Shown piece by piece: positions 13,180-28,333 of a DNA stretch of 64,000 nucleotides. Location of the stretch: NCBI RefSeq assembly GCF_009914755.1, contig NC_060931.1, one strand, 5' to 3'. This DNA comes from the human T2T-CHM13v2.0 reference genome, Homo sapiens. The translations under genes and the position numbers were made by a program. The notes under the pieces are model-generated. The model ran no database searches and was not told the DNA's origin. It saw only the letters and a list, made by a program, of their open reading frames with translations. Within the stretch, counting starts at the first letter, position 1; each line of letters starts with the position of its first letter.

Positions 13180-13366
13180 GTCCCTTCCCGGCCCCATTGG
13201 CTGTGCGGAGTCACTCCGGACACTGGTCCCCTCCTGGCCCCACTGGCTGTGCCGAGTCACTCCGGACATCGGTCCCTTCCCGGCTCCACCGGCTGTGCCG
13301 AGTCACTCCGGACACTGGTCCCCTCCTGGCCCCACTGGCTGTGCCGAGTCACTCCGGATACTGGTC
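13180..13366. repeat. 46-bp minisatellite, 4 copies (ABAB)
   Basis: gagtcactccgg anchors at 13208, 13254, 13300 and 13346. Confidence 0.95.
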
Positions 13367-13555
13367 AGCGGGGGCTGAGGGGCGGGGAGGGTCCAACCTC
13401 CACCAAAGACTCAGGTTCCAAGGGGGTCTTGGGCTCTGGATACCCCAGCACAGCCTCCACCACAGAATTCTACATCCATTGCTTCCAAACGCTGAGGTCC
13501 TGGGTAAGGATCAGGGTGAACAGAGGACTCCAAAGCTTACAAGAAAGAAAAATCA

Positions 13556-13870
<315 letters not shown>

Positions 13871-15426
13871 TAAGAAAGAAAAAGCAAGTCTGGGGAGTGC
13901 TGGCCCCGGGCTGGGCCCCTGCCTGGGAGCCTAGAGGTGGGGTCACCCCATCCTTCCTCGGATAAAACGTGAAGCGGTGGAGGAAAGAGACGGGCATCAG
14001 GGAGTCTCCCAGATCAGACACTCTGGGATCCTAAACTGGAGTCAGCGTTCACATTTTGGGCGGTGGTCTACTTCCTGGAGACACCAGACCGGGTCTCCCG
14101 CGTCCCCCAGGTCCCAGCACGTCCCAGCTCGGGACTAAGGCAGAAACAGGAGCTGTGTGAGGAGCTCGGGGCCAATACAGAAACAGACACCATCCTGCAA
14201 ATGCTCCCGTCCAAACCAGCCCGGCGCGGCCAGCTATTCTTAGCGCACAGGGACCCAAAATTAAAACAGAGGAAGCGCCAGCTCCCTCAGTGGTTTGGGA
14301 ACTTCCCTGAATATAAGGTTCCAGCCACAAAAATCCCCCAGCCGGGAGCGACAGGGCGTCAAGGATGGTGGGGAAACGGCTTATGCAACGCCGGGCCAGG
14401 TGCGCCCAGAGGAGATGGGAACCGCTGTGCCCTCTTCCTGCCCCAAAACCGCTCCAGCCCCTCTCAGGGGGAGGGTGTCTCAGGGGACCCCTCCCACGCG
14501 GCGACAGAGGCCTCCCAGTGAAGGCAGGAGTGAGCGGGTTCAGACAGAAGAGAGGGAGCGTGCAACTCCTCCCAGGAGGCTGCACATCATCTGTTCTGTG
14601 TACTGGAGTATCCCCAGCAGCACAGGAGCCCCAGACCCAGGGTGGGCACCCCAGCAATGCCCCACAGGTGCATAAATGAGAAGCTCATGGGGTGCAGAAT
14701 CTGATGAAACAGCCGCCCCAAAGACTGTGCGAACGCGCCATCCACAAAACACAAGAGCCGGCATCGCCGTGGGGCCGGGACAGGCCAGCGCCAGCAGGAC
14801 ACCGTCTCTCAGCTGGCCCATGGCCATCAAATCCTTGTTCCCCAATCAGACGACGCACTTCCAAGAGGGAAACCCAGGGTTGAACTTGCTCTCCCAGCTC
14901 ACGGGGCTCCATCCTAAACCATCCCCCAGGACTCTCCCCAGTCCTGCCCTTGGGCGTCCTGGAACTGTGGCTCCCTCCTTAGGAATCACACCCACCCAGG
15001 CTGGCCTTCCAGGAGTCAGCCAAGCCCCCTAGAAGACACCAGGCCATTCACCTCCTGCCATAGCAACCAGGCTGGCCTCGGGCATGGAGTGGAGGGAACC
15101 ATCCCAAGCAGGGGATGGAGGAGAGGCCGAGGACCCCGGCAACACCCACCTGGCTCAACCCCTCCTCGGCCGGGCTGGACCCCGGGACCCCAGGCCCCGA
15201 AGGAGAGGGCTCGGAGCAGACGCTGTCCGGGGCTGCATTGGCAACAAGCCCACCGCCACCAGGTTCTGCTGTGTCACCCCCAACCAGCTCAGAGGAGCCC
15301 CTGGCCCAGCGGTCATGGCTAGGTAAGGACAGAGTGGAGGGGTGCGGCCACCCAAACCACAGGCGCTGGCTCCTGGAGGCCTCTGCCCAGCGATGGGACA
15401 GAAGGAGCTGAGGAGGAGACCTGAGG

Positions 15427-15735
15427 CCATAAGGGGACACCTCCAAACTATGAAGGAACCCCAAGACCATGAGGGGACCCCCTAGACCACAAGGGGACCC
15501 CAAGACCATGAGGGGACTCCCCAGACCACAAGGGAAATCCCAAACCATAAGGGGACCCCTAGACCATGAGGGGACTCCCCCAGACCATGAGAGGACCCCA
15601 AATTATGAGGGGACCCCAAGACCATGAGGGGATCCCCTAGACCATGAGGAGTCCCCCCCAGATCATGACGAGACCACCCAAACCACAAGGGGACTCCAAA
15701 CTATGAGGGTCCCCAGACCACCAAGGGACCCCAGA
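15427..15735. repeat. Degenerate minisatellite of about 20 bp (accatgaggggacccc...), about 15 copies
   Basis: Direct inspection. Confidence 0.88.
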
Positions 15736-16558
15736 CACTGTGGCAGACCCAGAGCTTCCCAGGATGAATGGCCGCACGGGGTGCTGTCTACGCTCACTGG
15801 ATGGCCCCAAACCGGCCCAGGGAACTGGGTCCACATCTGGTCACAGCTGCCCTCAAGCTCCCACCGTGGCTCCTGAGCACTCTGACAGGGTGCTTCCTGC
15901 AGAAGCTGCGGGTCCTCGGCCTGGAGCCCTCCCCGCCCTCTCTGGACAGCGCCTCACTGCCCCACGCGGGAAGGCCTCCTCATCCACACAGGCCCCTCAG
16001 CCCTGGCCCAGCCCTGTGCTGCTGTTCCTCGGCCCTCACGCTCCTGGGCTGCTTCCGGCACCCGGGCGTCCTGCCCTGAGGCTCTGCTCAATGCCACCTT
16101 ATCAGGGGGGTCTCTGAGGCCCCTCCACGGAACAGCAGTCCCCCCCGCCCCACTCCGTCTGCCTCCACCTGCTTCTCGGCTTGGTCCTTCTCCACAGGAA
16201 TCACCCTCTGGGGCCGGGTGTTCACGGCCGCCTCCACCAGGACAAGACTCCAGCTGCCCTGCCTGTGTTCCCCACAGACCTGCACCCAGAACAGGGCCTG
16301 GCAGGTGGGGTGTGTGCGGGGAGGGCGTGGAGGGTCTCCTCTCCCTGGAAAGGGTCCTCCCCGGGCTCCCCACGAGCTCACCTCCAGGAGCCCCTACAAA
16401 CACCAGCCGTGGCAGCTGAATCGGCCCATAGCACCCCCGCCGCCCACAGCAAGCACAGGCATACACCCACGTGTGCACACAACACACACAGTACAGGGTA
16501 CGTGGCTCAGAGTAGATCTGGCCACATATAAGAAAAAAAGCTAAAAGCCCAAGAGTCA

Positions 16559-17194
<636 letters not shown>

Positions 17195-17834
17195 TTAGCT
17201 CTCTCCAGAAGAGGGTCCCCGCAGGGCGGGGCACAAGCCCTTTCGCTTGTGGGCAGAGCCCTGCGTTCCCCAGCAATGGGCCTGTGGACCCCAGTGCTCA
17301 CCCCACCCCCAGCCCTGCTGAGAGCCACGGTGGGACAGCATCAGACCTCCACAGCAGGAGGGCCCAGCCGCCAGTGCCAATGAGACAACCACACCAGAGG
17401 CGGACGCACCCGGCCCCCGCTCTGCGGCACAGCGGCCCCAGCCTGACTCCCAGGCAGTGTCTGATTCAATCCGTCAACTTCTCACTCAGCCTCTCTGGGC
17501 CTCAGTTTCCCTAGCTGCACCGTGATGAGCTGGAGCCTGTGATCCCCACGGGGCTCTGCTCTGGGGACCTGTGTGCTTCCTCTCCACCCCAGGCCATTCC
17601 TCTGTCCCCACCTCCACCAGCACACACCACTGGGCCCCGAAGGAGCCGGGCGGCCTCAAGTGCAGACCTCTCCTGCCAGGGCCTCCCTCCCTACAGGCAG
17701 CGCCTGAGCTCCTCGGGCTGGAGTCTGAATGGGCGCCCTATGGCTGGGCGCTGCGGCCGAGCTGCGCCTGGGAAGGAGCCCAGACAAGATTCCCTTTCAG
17801 CCCGGGTGGGCCGCCGCCCCCGCACAGGGTGCCT

Positions 17835-18090
17835 ACTATGCATTGAGCATCACAGTTGGGTCCGTGCAAGAATGGTGCAGATTGTTTATTATGCAGTGAT
17901 TATGCAGATTCCGTTACTATAAATTGACACAATACACGCTTTATCCCCTCTGGGTGTCAATGAGCTTAAAGAATAGTTCCCATTGGCAAAGCAGTTCCCA
18001 TTGGTTGCATATCGGGAAAGAATGGATTGCAATGAATCATGGAATCAATTCTTACTGAAATCAATGACTCATTATCTGGATAATAACTGA
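17835..18090. promoter_or_regulatory. Candidate intronic enhancer (AT-rich non-repeat motif island)
   Basis: SOX-like ATTGT/ACAAT/CATTG, POU-like TATGCAGAT, TGACA/TGTCA, AATCAAT x2 and AP-1 TGACTCA at 18065-18071. Confidence 0.4.
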
Positions 18091-18947
18091 GGCACAGAGT
18101 CTTCTATCTGAAAGAAAAGGCCACGCAGGTGTAACTCCACAATTAGGTACAAGTGAGCGCTGGGGAGAACTGGTCGACCACGAACTTTCGGAGGCACAGG
18201 GGCGACTGCTGTGCAAAGGCAGACTCTGCCTGGCGGGGATGTGGGGATCATCTCCACCTGGCCCACCAGGCTCCCCAGTTCCTGGAGGGAGGCTGGAGCA
18301 GGATTACGGGGCAGAAGAAACACCAGCTTCCCCCCAGTGATCCCCTCCAGGAATCAGAAGACGGCCGTCCTTCCACGGAGCCAGAGAGTACCCACCCGCG
18401 CGTGCAGGGATACGTGGAGGAGGCAGCAACTCCAGCGTTTTAGGGGCGAGGGGACCTCAGAGAATGCCCTCCAGAACCTCTGCCTCTTGCTTCTCAAAGG
18501 GGACCCAGAGCTAGGGGAGGACTGGCGATGAAGCCGGGGGAAGGGCCTGCGATGGCCGGGGCACAGCCTGGCCTGCGGGCGATGAAGCTGGAGAGGGCCT
18601 GCAATGGCCTGGGCACAGCCTGGCCTTCCGCCTCGCAGTGGACACTCCCACTTTGCCTAAGGTTTTGTCAAAACCAGTTTATGGAGGCAGAACTTGCAAA
18701 TAGGAACGTGCCCAACTCTTGCAGCACAGTGAGTTTCACATCGCTCAGATCGGGGCCTCACAAACTCCCAGGGGACTCTTCCCCAGAGGGATCCGGAGCT
18801 CACCCTGTGGGTCTCACCGTGTCTATCCACGCTGCAGGTGACGGACTCCAGGGTCCACAGCACGTCGTGCTGCCAGGAGCATCCCTGTACGTGACATGCA
18901 CGCCTGGGGTGGCAGTCGCCACTGGCACAGCTTCAGGAGGCATTCTG

Positions 18948-19487
18948 CACTAAACACCATCACCCTCCAGCACCCTCCAGACTAAACACCATCACCCTCC
19001 CTCCAGCACCCTCCGCACTAAACACCATCACCCTCCAGCACCCTCCACACTAAACACCATCACCCTCCCTCCAGCACCCTCCACACTAAACACCATCGCC
19101 CTCCCTCCAGCACCCTCCACACTAAACACCATCGCCCTCACTCCAGCACCCTCCGCTCTAAACACCATCGCCCTCCCTCCAGCACCCTCCACACTAAACA
19201 CCATCACCCTCCCTCCAGCACCCTCCACACTAAACACCATCACCCTCCAGCACCCTCCACACTAAATACCATCACCCTCCCTCCAGCACCCTCCACACTA
19301 AACACCATCACCCTCCAGCACCCTCCACACTAAACACCATCACCCTCCAGCACCCTCCACACTAGATACCATCACCCTCCAGCACCCTCCGCACCAAACA
19401 CCATCACCCTCCACACTAAACATCATCACCCTCCCTCCAGCACCCTCCGCACTAAACACTATCACCCTCCCTCCAGCACCCTCTGCA
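18948..19487. repeat. 32/36-bp minisatellite (taaacaccatcaccctcc[ctcc]agcaccctccacac), about 16 copies
   Basis: Direct inspection; gives the MVFSVEGAGGRV repeat in the ORF track. Confidence 0.95.
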
Positions 19488-20109
19488 CTTCTGTTCCGAT
19501 GCAGGGGCCTCTTGCTGAGCCACGAAAGCAGTGTGGACTCAGAAGATGTGAATCTGAGGTCGGGAGGGGTTTGCTTGACATGGGAGAGCCAGGGAGGCGG
19601 GTAACATCTTGTGCCCAAGGAGGTGAGTGAGCCTCTTGGCCCCTTCAGGGAATGAGGACACCACCCCCTCGAATGGCTGCCCAGGCAAGTGGCAGGACAT
19701 CCCCCTGCCTTGGCAAAGAGGATGGGGGCTCTGGGAGCAGAGAAGGGTGAGTCTCCACAGAGCCAGCCCGGGACGGCCGCACCTCCCAGCTTTCTGGGAT
19801 TCTGTCTCAAAGCGGGGATCCGTGGCTGCTGCCGCTGCAGGCAGGACCCAGGGAAGCTGGACCAGGACGCGCTGCCCATGAGGCCTGGAGAAGCCCAAGG
19901 CCTCCGAGAGCTCCCTCCGCAGCCTCAGAGGAAGCCATTGTGCGGGTCCCACAGACGGCCAGGGCCACACTGTGCTCGGCCGCCCGGAGGACAAAGGGGC
20001 CATCCTTCTCAGGACACTGGCCACTGTCACCACTCCCGGCGCAGTGCGGGCCCCACCCCAGCTGGTACGCAAAGGGGCTACTTCTTGTTGTGTTTCATTT
20101 TTTTGTTTT

Positions 20110-20397
<288 letters not shown>

Positions 20398-20516
20398 CTT
20401 CTCTTCTTTTAAAAGAAAAAACAATGGGGGTCCCCCGCGGGGCAGCATTTACACCCCACCATCACTGCAGCTTCTCTGGCGCCGAGCTCACACCTGGCTC
20501 TGCCCTGCCCCCTGCC

Positions 20517-20872
20517 CACCTTCACTCGCTCACCCTCTGTGTTTAGAAGTCAATGGTGGGACAGAGGTGCCAGGAGCTGGGGGAGGCACATGGGCAGGCC
20601 CCCCATTCACCTTCACTCGCTCACCCTCTGTGTTTAGAAGTCAATGGTGGGACAGGGGTGCCAGGAGCTGGGGGAGGCACACGGGCAGGCCCCCCATTCA
20701 CCTTCACTCGCTCACCCTCTGTGTTTAGAAGTCAATGGTGGGACAGGGGTGCCAAGAGCTGGGGGAGGCGCACGGGCAGGCCCCCCATTCACCTTCACTC
20801 GCTCACCCTCTGTGTTTAGAAGTCAATGGTGGGACAGGGGTGCCAGGAGCTGGGGGAGGCGCATGGGCAGGG
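20517..20872. repeat. 91-bp minisatellite, about 4 copies
   Basis: gtgtttagaagtcaatggtgggacag recurs at 91-bp spacing (ORF starts 20553 and 20644). Confidence 0.95.
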
Positions 20873-21030
20873 AGTGTGTAATGTGGACAGAGCTTCAGTT
20901 TAAGAAGACAAGAACATTTGGGAAATGGACAGTGGTGACGGTTGTAAAACAACGTGAATATTCTTAATGCCACCGAACTGCACAAAATGGTTAGAATGGT
21001 CAGTGTGGTGTGTCTTTTACTACAATTAAA
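20820..21030 (+). mobile_element. L1MB-type 3' end
   Basis: cagagcttcagttt...ggacagtggtgacggttgta..aacaacgtgaatattcttaatgccaccgaactg...aaaatggtta matches the L1MB 3' terminus. Confidence 0.75.
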
Positions 21031-21034
21031 GTAG

Positions 21035-21318
21035 GGCCGAGGGCAGTGGCTCATACCTGTCATCACAGCACTTTGGGAAGCCCAGGCGGGAGGATTGCTT
21101 GAAGCCAGGAGTCTGAGACCAGCCTGGGCAACACAGCAAGACCCCGTCTCTATGAAAAACTTTAAAATTAGCTGGACGTGGTGGTGCACAGTGGTAGTCC
21201 CAGCTTCTCGGGAGGATCGCTTGAGCCCAGGAGTTCAAGGCTGCAATGAGCTATGATCACGCCACCGCACTCCCAGCCTGGGCGACAGAGCGAGACCCCA
21301 TCTCAAAAAATTAAAAAA
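21035..21318 (+). mobile_element. AluJ
   Basis: Dimeric Alu, J-type. Confidence 0.88.
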
Positions 21319-23528
21319 CGAATTTTAAAAACACACAGAACACAAGACACAACCTGAATAACATCTGATCAGATCACCAAGCTGAGGCGCCCTGCTCCGG
21401 GGTACACCCAGCTGCCTGGCGGTGCTCCCCAGCCCCCCAGAAAGAGCTCTTCCCCCAGACGTGTTGTGTGAAACCGAGGGAAGCCCGGAACGGCCAGCGT
21501 CAGTGGGGACGTCGTGATGCCTGGGACGGGGAGCAAAAAGAGGGAGTCGGGATAACGGGCCCAAAAACAATCAGGGGAAGAGTCGAGCCCCAAACAGGGC
21601 TTGGAAGGGAGCTACGTTCCCAGGCCTGCAAAGTCAGCAGCTGAGTGTCCTTTTAAATAGAAATGCTATGTTCCATGAATAAAATACATTGGAAGATATT
21701 TTTATACTTAGAAAAATGGATTATAGCTCTTGGCAACACACGGACGGCAGCAGGCACTTTCGGAGTCTCTGGAAAACCGTAATTCAAACTGAACCTGGTG
21801 CTCTTGGCATTTTGTCACCTGGCCGTCCCCCTGGACGCTGCTGGTCAGAGGGCAGCGTCCACCCTGCAGAAGTGGGTGACGTCCACCTCCAAGCTCTGCT
21901 GGCTTAAAGGGCCAGGGCCAGGTCCTTGAGGGGACGGCTTCCTGATGGGCCTCCGGCACTTGGCCAGCGCAGTTAAATACCCACGGCAAACGGCCGTCCC
22001 TTCCCGCCACGCAGAATAAAACCAGGGAAAACCGCTAGCCTCAGAAACCCACTCGGACCCTGGGTAGCCGTAGTCCTGCAGCCCCGAACCCAGGGTACAT
22101 CCATCCCATTGCCCCAGGGAGGCGATTTACAGAAACCAGCAAACAACATGCAGCACCCAGGGTTCACACAGCAGCTGGATGGGGCTGCCTGGGGCTGCCA
22201 TGCGGCCGTTCCCCCGGGTGCTGTAATAACAGTAATTATTATAATACATATGCCCATAACTCACCCGGGCTACCCAACATGCCACTTTTTCATTCCAGAT
22301 TCCTTACTGAGCATCCTTTGATTCCCTTAAATGTGGCCTTCACCCACACGGGCCCTGCGGATTTACCCTGCATGCGAAGGGCCTCCCACATCACAGGAGG
22401 GCCCCTGCAGGCAGCTCCTGCGCCCGGCCCCGCCCGGCCCCGCCGGGCACTCCCTGACGCCCACCCCTGCCCTGGCTGGAAAATCTGAAGTTGATGGAGG
22501 TGCTTGGTGTTCGTGCACAGCCGCCTGGGACTCACGGGACAGCCCCATAAGTCACAGCCGGTTCCCGCAGGGGGCCCGGCCATCCCACGTGAGCCTGTAG
22601 CCAGGAAGTGGGCATCCACCCACGGGGCTCAGACATCCTGGCTCTGGAGGGCCGGGTCCAGCAGAGGCCTTAAAGCTGCCTTTGTGCCTGACCCGGGGGG
22701 GCTGGGGAGGGGTAGGGACGGGCAGGGGGAGGCGCAGGGACGGGCAGGGGGATGGGGAGGGGGAAGGGGAGGGATTTGCCAGGACAATATATTTGGGGAA
22801 CTCCAGTTACATGAGGGTGACCTCACTCTTTCCTTTCTCAAAATTGCCTCCCAACGTCCCCGGGCCTGGCGAGAAGCCAGGCAGGACGCCACGACGCGTC
22901 GTGTCTGAGAGAAAACCGTCTCCCCTCCACTCAGGCTTCAGCCCCGACCCCACGCTAACTGGGCCAGGGCAGGGGCTGGGCTGGGAGGGGACCCAGTGAG
23001 CTCAGGGCTGGAGGAAACGGTCCCTGCTTTGAAGTGGCTCCGGCACCGGCCTCTCCCACCACCCTGTCATGTATGAAGGAGTTACAGACGGCGGCGGGGG
23101 GAGGGGGGGTCTGTCCTGCTGGAAGGACGGAGGGAAGGGAGATGCCTCACTGAGTCCAGAGGTCGAGGGGTGGGTGGGGATTCTGCGAGGATGAGGAGGA
23201 GGAGGAGGAGGTCCCGCCAAGGTCAGCCGGGGCAGCAACACCTCCCGGCCCCTTTGCCGAGGTCCTGGCCCAGGTGGGGCTCCCGGGAGCCTGGAGGCCA
23301 ACGGCGGAAAGACAGGGACCTGATCCCTCCAGCAGTCCCAGCCGCCGGCCCCTCACACCCTCACCTCTCCCAGGAAGTCCTCAGCATGCTGCCGGCTGGG
23401 GCCTGGCGCTGGGGCAGGAGGGTGGCCACCCGCGCTGAAGATGAGGACAAGCCCGGGGCGTGGGTGGTGGGCGTTTCCTCTGTGGGGTGGACGAGGCTCT
23501 TGCGGTGCGTGTGTTGGGGACATGAGAC

Positions 23529-23560
23529 GGGGCGGGGCAGCTGCCAGGCGGCCAATGGCT
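23529..23560 (+). promoter_or_regulatory. GC box / E-box / CCAAT box cluster
   Basis: GGGGCGGGGC 23529-23538, CAGCTG 23538-23543, ggCCAATggc with CCAAT at 23552-23556, in a CpG-enriched region. Confidence 0.4.
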
Positions 23561-23929
23561 TCCACACCAGGGGCCAAGAGCAGAACCCCAGGAGGGTTAT
23601 CTCAGTCTTCCCGGCAGCAGTGAGCTCTGTTCGTTTTTCTGAGTAATATGGAAATGGCACGGCTCAGCCACACAAGGGCCTGGGCAAAGGTCACGGCCAG
23701 CAAAGAACACAGCCTGGGTCCTCTGAGTCCCGAGTCCACGCGATCCTGACCCGTCCACCACCCTCCTCGAGACACGACAAGTTAGGCGGGAACATAACCT
23801 GGGAGCCCCATGTCGGTTTCAGGCTCCACAAGGGATCTCTGGGTAAAGGGTTTGTCTCTTCCACATCTGTTCATTTAGGAGAAGCAAAGAACATGGAAAG
23901 CAGAATTCCTGGGGGTGGCCTCAACCCCA

Positions 23930-24372
23930 AGCCCTGCCGATGCAAACCGGCACCTTGAAGATGCCTTTGGAATTTAACTGGAAGATTTGAATGACATGGG
24001 CAGACACAGAAGAGGGAGAAGCATTCCACAGGGGAGGAAAGGCCTCAGTGGGGACCTATGGAGCTCCCAGGCCCACCGCAGGGAGGCAGGTCCTCGGTCA
24101 TCTGCGGAGGTCAGTATCTATCAAAGCCCAGCCGCAGATAGATGAGCTGGGCCTGGCGGGGTCTTGTAGGATGTGTAGGAGTTTGTGAGGCAGAGCAGGA
24201 ATGAAAGCAGAGGGGACAGGAGGGGCAGAACCAGAGTCAGGACATTCATTGGCTAATTTCCTGTTCTTGGTCCCTCTCCCCCATTAAGCCACAACCTCCC
24301 CCACACCAGAGCAGGCACCAGGTCCTCCTCGTCACAAGTGCCAGGCATAAAGCAGGCACTCAATAAACATCC
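23930..24372 (+). mobile_element. L2 fragments, ending in an L2 3' terminus
   Basis: gtgccaggcataaagcaggcactcaataaacat at about 24338-24370; L2-like sequence from about 23950. Confidence 0.5.
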
Positions 24373-24383
24373 AGGAAGGAGAC

Positions 24384-24721
24384 GGCAGGGGAGGAGGCGA
24401 CATGATGACTCCAGGACCCAGAGTGGAGGTGATGGGGGAGGAGGTGACACCAGGACCCAGAGTGGAGAGGGCAGGGGAGGAGGTGACACGGTGACACCAG
24501 GACCCAGAGTGGAGGGGATGGGGGAGGAGGTGACACCAGGATCCAGAGTGGAGAGGGTGGGGGAGGAGGTGACACCAGGACCCAGAGTGGAGGGGATGGG
24601 GGAGGAGGTGACACCAGGACCCAGAGTGGAGAGGGCGGGGGAGGAGGTGACATGGTGACACCAGGACCCAGAATGGACAGGGCGGGGGAGGAGGTGACAC
24701 GGTGACACCAGGACCCAGAGT
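24384..24721. repeat. 39/47-bp G-rich minisatellite, 8 copies
   Basis: ccagga(c/t)ccaga anchors at 24411, 24450, 24497, 24536, 24575, 24614, 24661 and 24708. Confidence 0.95.
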
Positions 24722-27004
24722 GTGAACTAGAAGAGGGGCTATAAGTAGTAGCATGAGATTTGGGGCTGGGATAAAGCGGTGGGTCCAGTCAGGAAGCTGC
24801 CCATCCCATACCTCCCGCAGAGGTGGCTCTGCCTTCAGCACTGCTGACCACTGGGCAGGCCTGGGCTGCCAGGGTCTCTCTGGGATCAGCCCTGCCCCAT
24901 CTGCTGGGGGCTGAGCCCCATTCCCTGCAGCCCCCCATCAGGCCCTGGTGTCTGGATACCAGGCACAACGGGGCCACCTCCTGGGACGGGCCCAGGCCCC
25001 AAGACGATGCCCGGCTGGGATGCTGGCCGCATCCTCCTCTGTCTTCTCTATTTCCTGGGCTAGGCTTTTTTTAAACTCGAAGCAAAGCCAGCAGGAGATG
25101 ACTCTGCGGCCTGGCAGCTGAGCCCAGGGTTGACCCGCCAGTGCCGCCCTCCAGCCTTCCCCCTCCACACTTCCTCTGAGGCCGGGCAGTACCCGGGACC
25201 TTTGGCACCTGCCTCAGTTTCCATCTCTAGGGGAGACAGGAGCACCCCCACTCCCTGACACAAAGGTCTGCCCCAGAGGCCCTGTCTAGGGGCCCAGCCC
25301 GTGGGTTCCGGCTCAGGACAGAGCACACCAGGGAGAAGAGAAACTGGCTCTTTCTCCGCCTGCGCGGGCCAGGCCCGAGGCACGTGCCCCCCACGGGGAG
25401 GCGGGACCCCTGAGTCATTTCCTGTGCTATCAGCTCCGGAAGCAGAGTGGGCCTGCTCAGGTTCCCAGAAACACAGCGCGATGGGGGACAGACTCCGCGG
25501 CTGCCACGGAAACAAATGAGTAAATGCCCTCCCCAGAATAGCGTGGCCGGGACAGAGGCACAGCCACCGGAGGCCAGACCTCGAAATAGCTCGTGCTGGG
25601 CAGCCGGGGGTGGCGTTGCCTGCACGGAAGAGTGCGGAGGCCACCTCCTGGGGCAGGTGGACAAGGAGAAGGGCAGGCGGACAAGGAGAAGGGCAGGCAG
25701 GCATCCCAGACCCAGAGAAGACTCAGCCAGCCTGGGAAGCAGTGACCGTCTCGGGTAGCAGAATCCCCAAAGCGTCCTGCACTGTGGGGGCTTCCAGTCT
25801 GTGTGCAGAAAGGCCGTAAAGAGACGGTCTCATGAGATGTCATCACCACGAGCCGCAGAGGGTCCTACGAGGGAGGCGTGGGACATGTCTGCTGATGCCC
25901 ACTGGGAAGTGACATTTAGCAGAGAGCAGAAGGAGAAGCAGGAGCTAACGGGGTTCCCGGCAGAGCAGGGGACACACACCAAGGCCCTGGGGCCGCCAGT
26001 GCAGGCGGATTCCAGGAACCGAGGGAGGATGATGTCACTGAGGTCCTTCCCGCTGACTCCGCAGGGGCTCGGGCCTGATTCAAAGGGAAACAAACTCCTA
26101 GCGGGCGTTTTCCCAGAGGCTGCACCATCAGCTCCGCACCAGCAAGGTCAGGCTGCCGTGCGGGGGGCGGCCTGCAGAACAGGAGCCCAGCGGGGGATGA
26201 GGGGGCCTCAAAGCCTTCACACCAGAGCACCCAGGCTCTAAACCGGACGGCAGAAGAGATGGGAGCCAGAGGCTCTGGGCAAGACTGGGCTGCGGGGCCA
26301 GGGGTGATGTCATGTGCCGTGTGTATGTGTTTATTTACTTAGTTTTATACATATATGTATCTATTTTATACATACACATACACATGGCCTGGCCATCGGG
26401 CACGAGACGGGGTCTCCAGCGGAGGGGAAGCTTCTCCTTCCAAAACAGTGGGAGCATCTCATAAAAGATGCTCTTGAGACAAGCGTGGGAAGATGACACA
26501 GTGAGACCCGACTCACGGCTGGGACGTTCCAAGCTGGGAGCCAAACGCAGGCGCAAAAGGCAGCCGTTGTTTGATCGTGAAGTCGTCGGTCCTAGGGGGT
26601 CTCTAAGCACGTCGCTCTCCCACCCACTTTGAGATGTTAACATCCCATGTGGTGGGTGAGCCTGGTGTATTCATCGGCCTCGGATCTGGAGACGGCGCTG
26701 GGTCAAACAGAACCGCCCTGGCCAGCCCCAGCAGTCGCAGCCCGGGGGCAAGCGGAAGACAGCGGCCCTGGAAAACCTGAGGCCGCTGCCGGCACCTGCC
26801 AGCATCACCCTTGTTTCCCTCTGCACTTTCTCATATTCCCATATTCTCTTCCAAGAGATAGCAGTTGCATTTCTGGATTAAAACACTAGGAATACGGCAC
26901 TCAGCGCAGTGTTTGTTGGGGGCCTGGTGCTGCCTGGAGGGCAAGTCTTCACACCGGACATGCAAAGACGCGCTATTTTCCAAAGACAAGTTAGCGACAC
27001 TCAC

Positions 27005-27051
27005 ATCCACTTCCCCTTGATCAACGACATAGAAGTTGTCTCCTTCATTCC
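27005..27051 (-). CDS. PRKAR1B: PRKAR1B internal coding exon (47 bp, probably exon 6): (G)NEGDNFYVVDQGEVD
   Basis: ttcttcttttgttacag|GG AAT GAA GGA GAC AAC TTC TAT GTC GTT GAT CAA GGG GAA GTG GAT|gtgagt. In frame with both neighbouring exons. Confidence 0.97.
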
Positions 27052-27289
27052 CTGTAACAAAAGAAGAAAGTCAACAGATACAAAGTACATCCAGACATAC
27101 AAGTTACAGTTTCTCTTGCAAACGACTTTCGCAACACTGTTGCAGAGACCCTCGAAGCAACATCCTGGGTGCTACCAATTCTTTTTAATGACAAGATTAT
27201 ACAAACATTGAGATAACTTGTTAAAGAGCCTGTTCTTAAGTTTCATTAGTGAACTTTCTCTAAACAATGAGAGGTGTTTTTCTTTTTGT

Positions 27290-28123
<834 letters not shown>

Positions 28124-28126
28124 TTA

Positions 28127-28333
<207 letters not shown>

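Noticed and set aside
26620-26658. Hairpin centred on the palindrome GATGTTAACATC
   Set aside because: Too short and imperfect for a pre-miRNA; about chance level in 64 kb.
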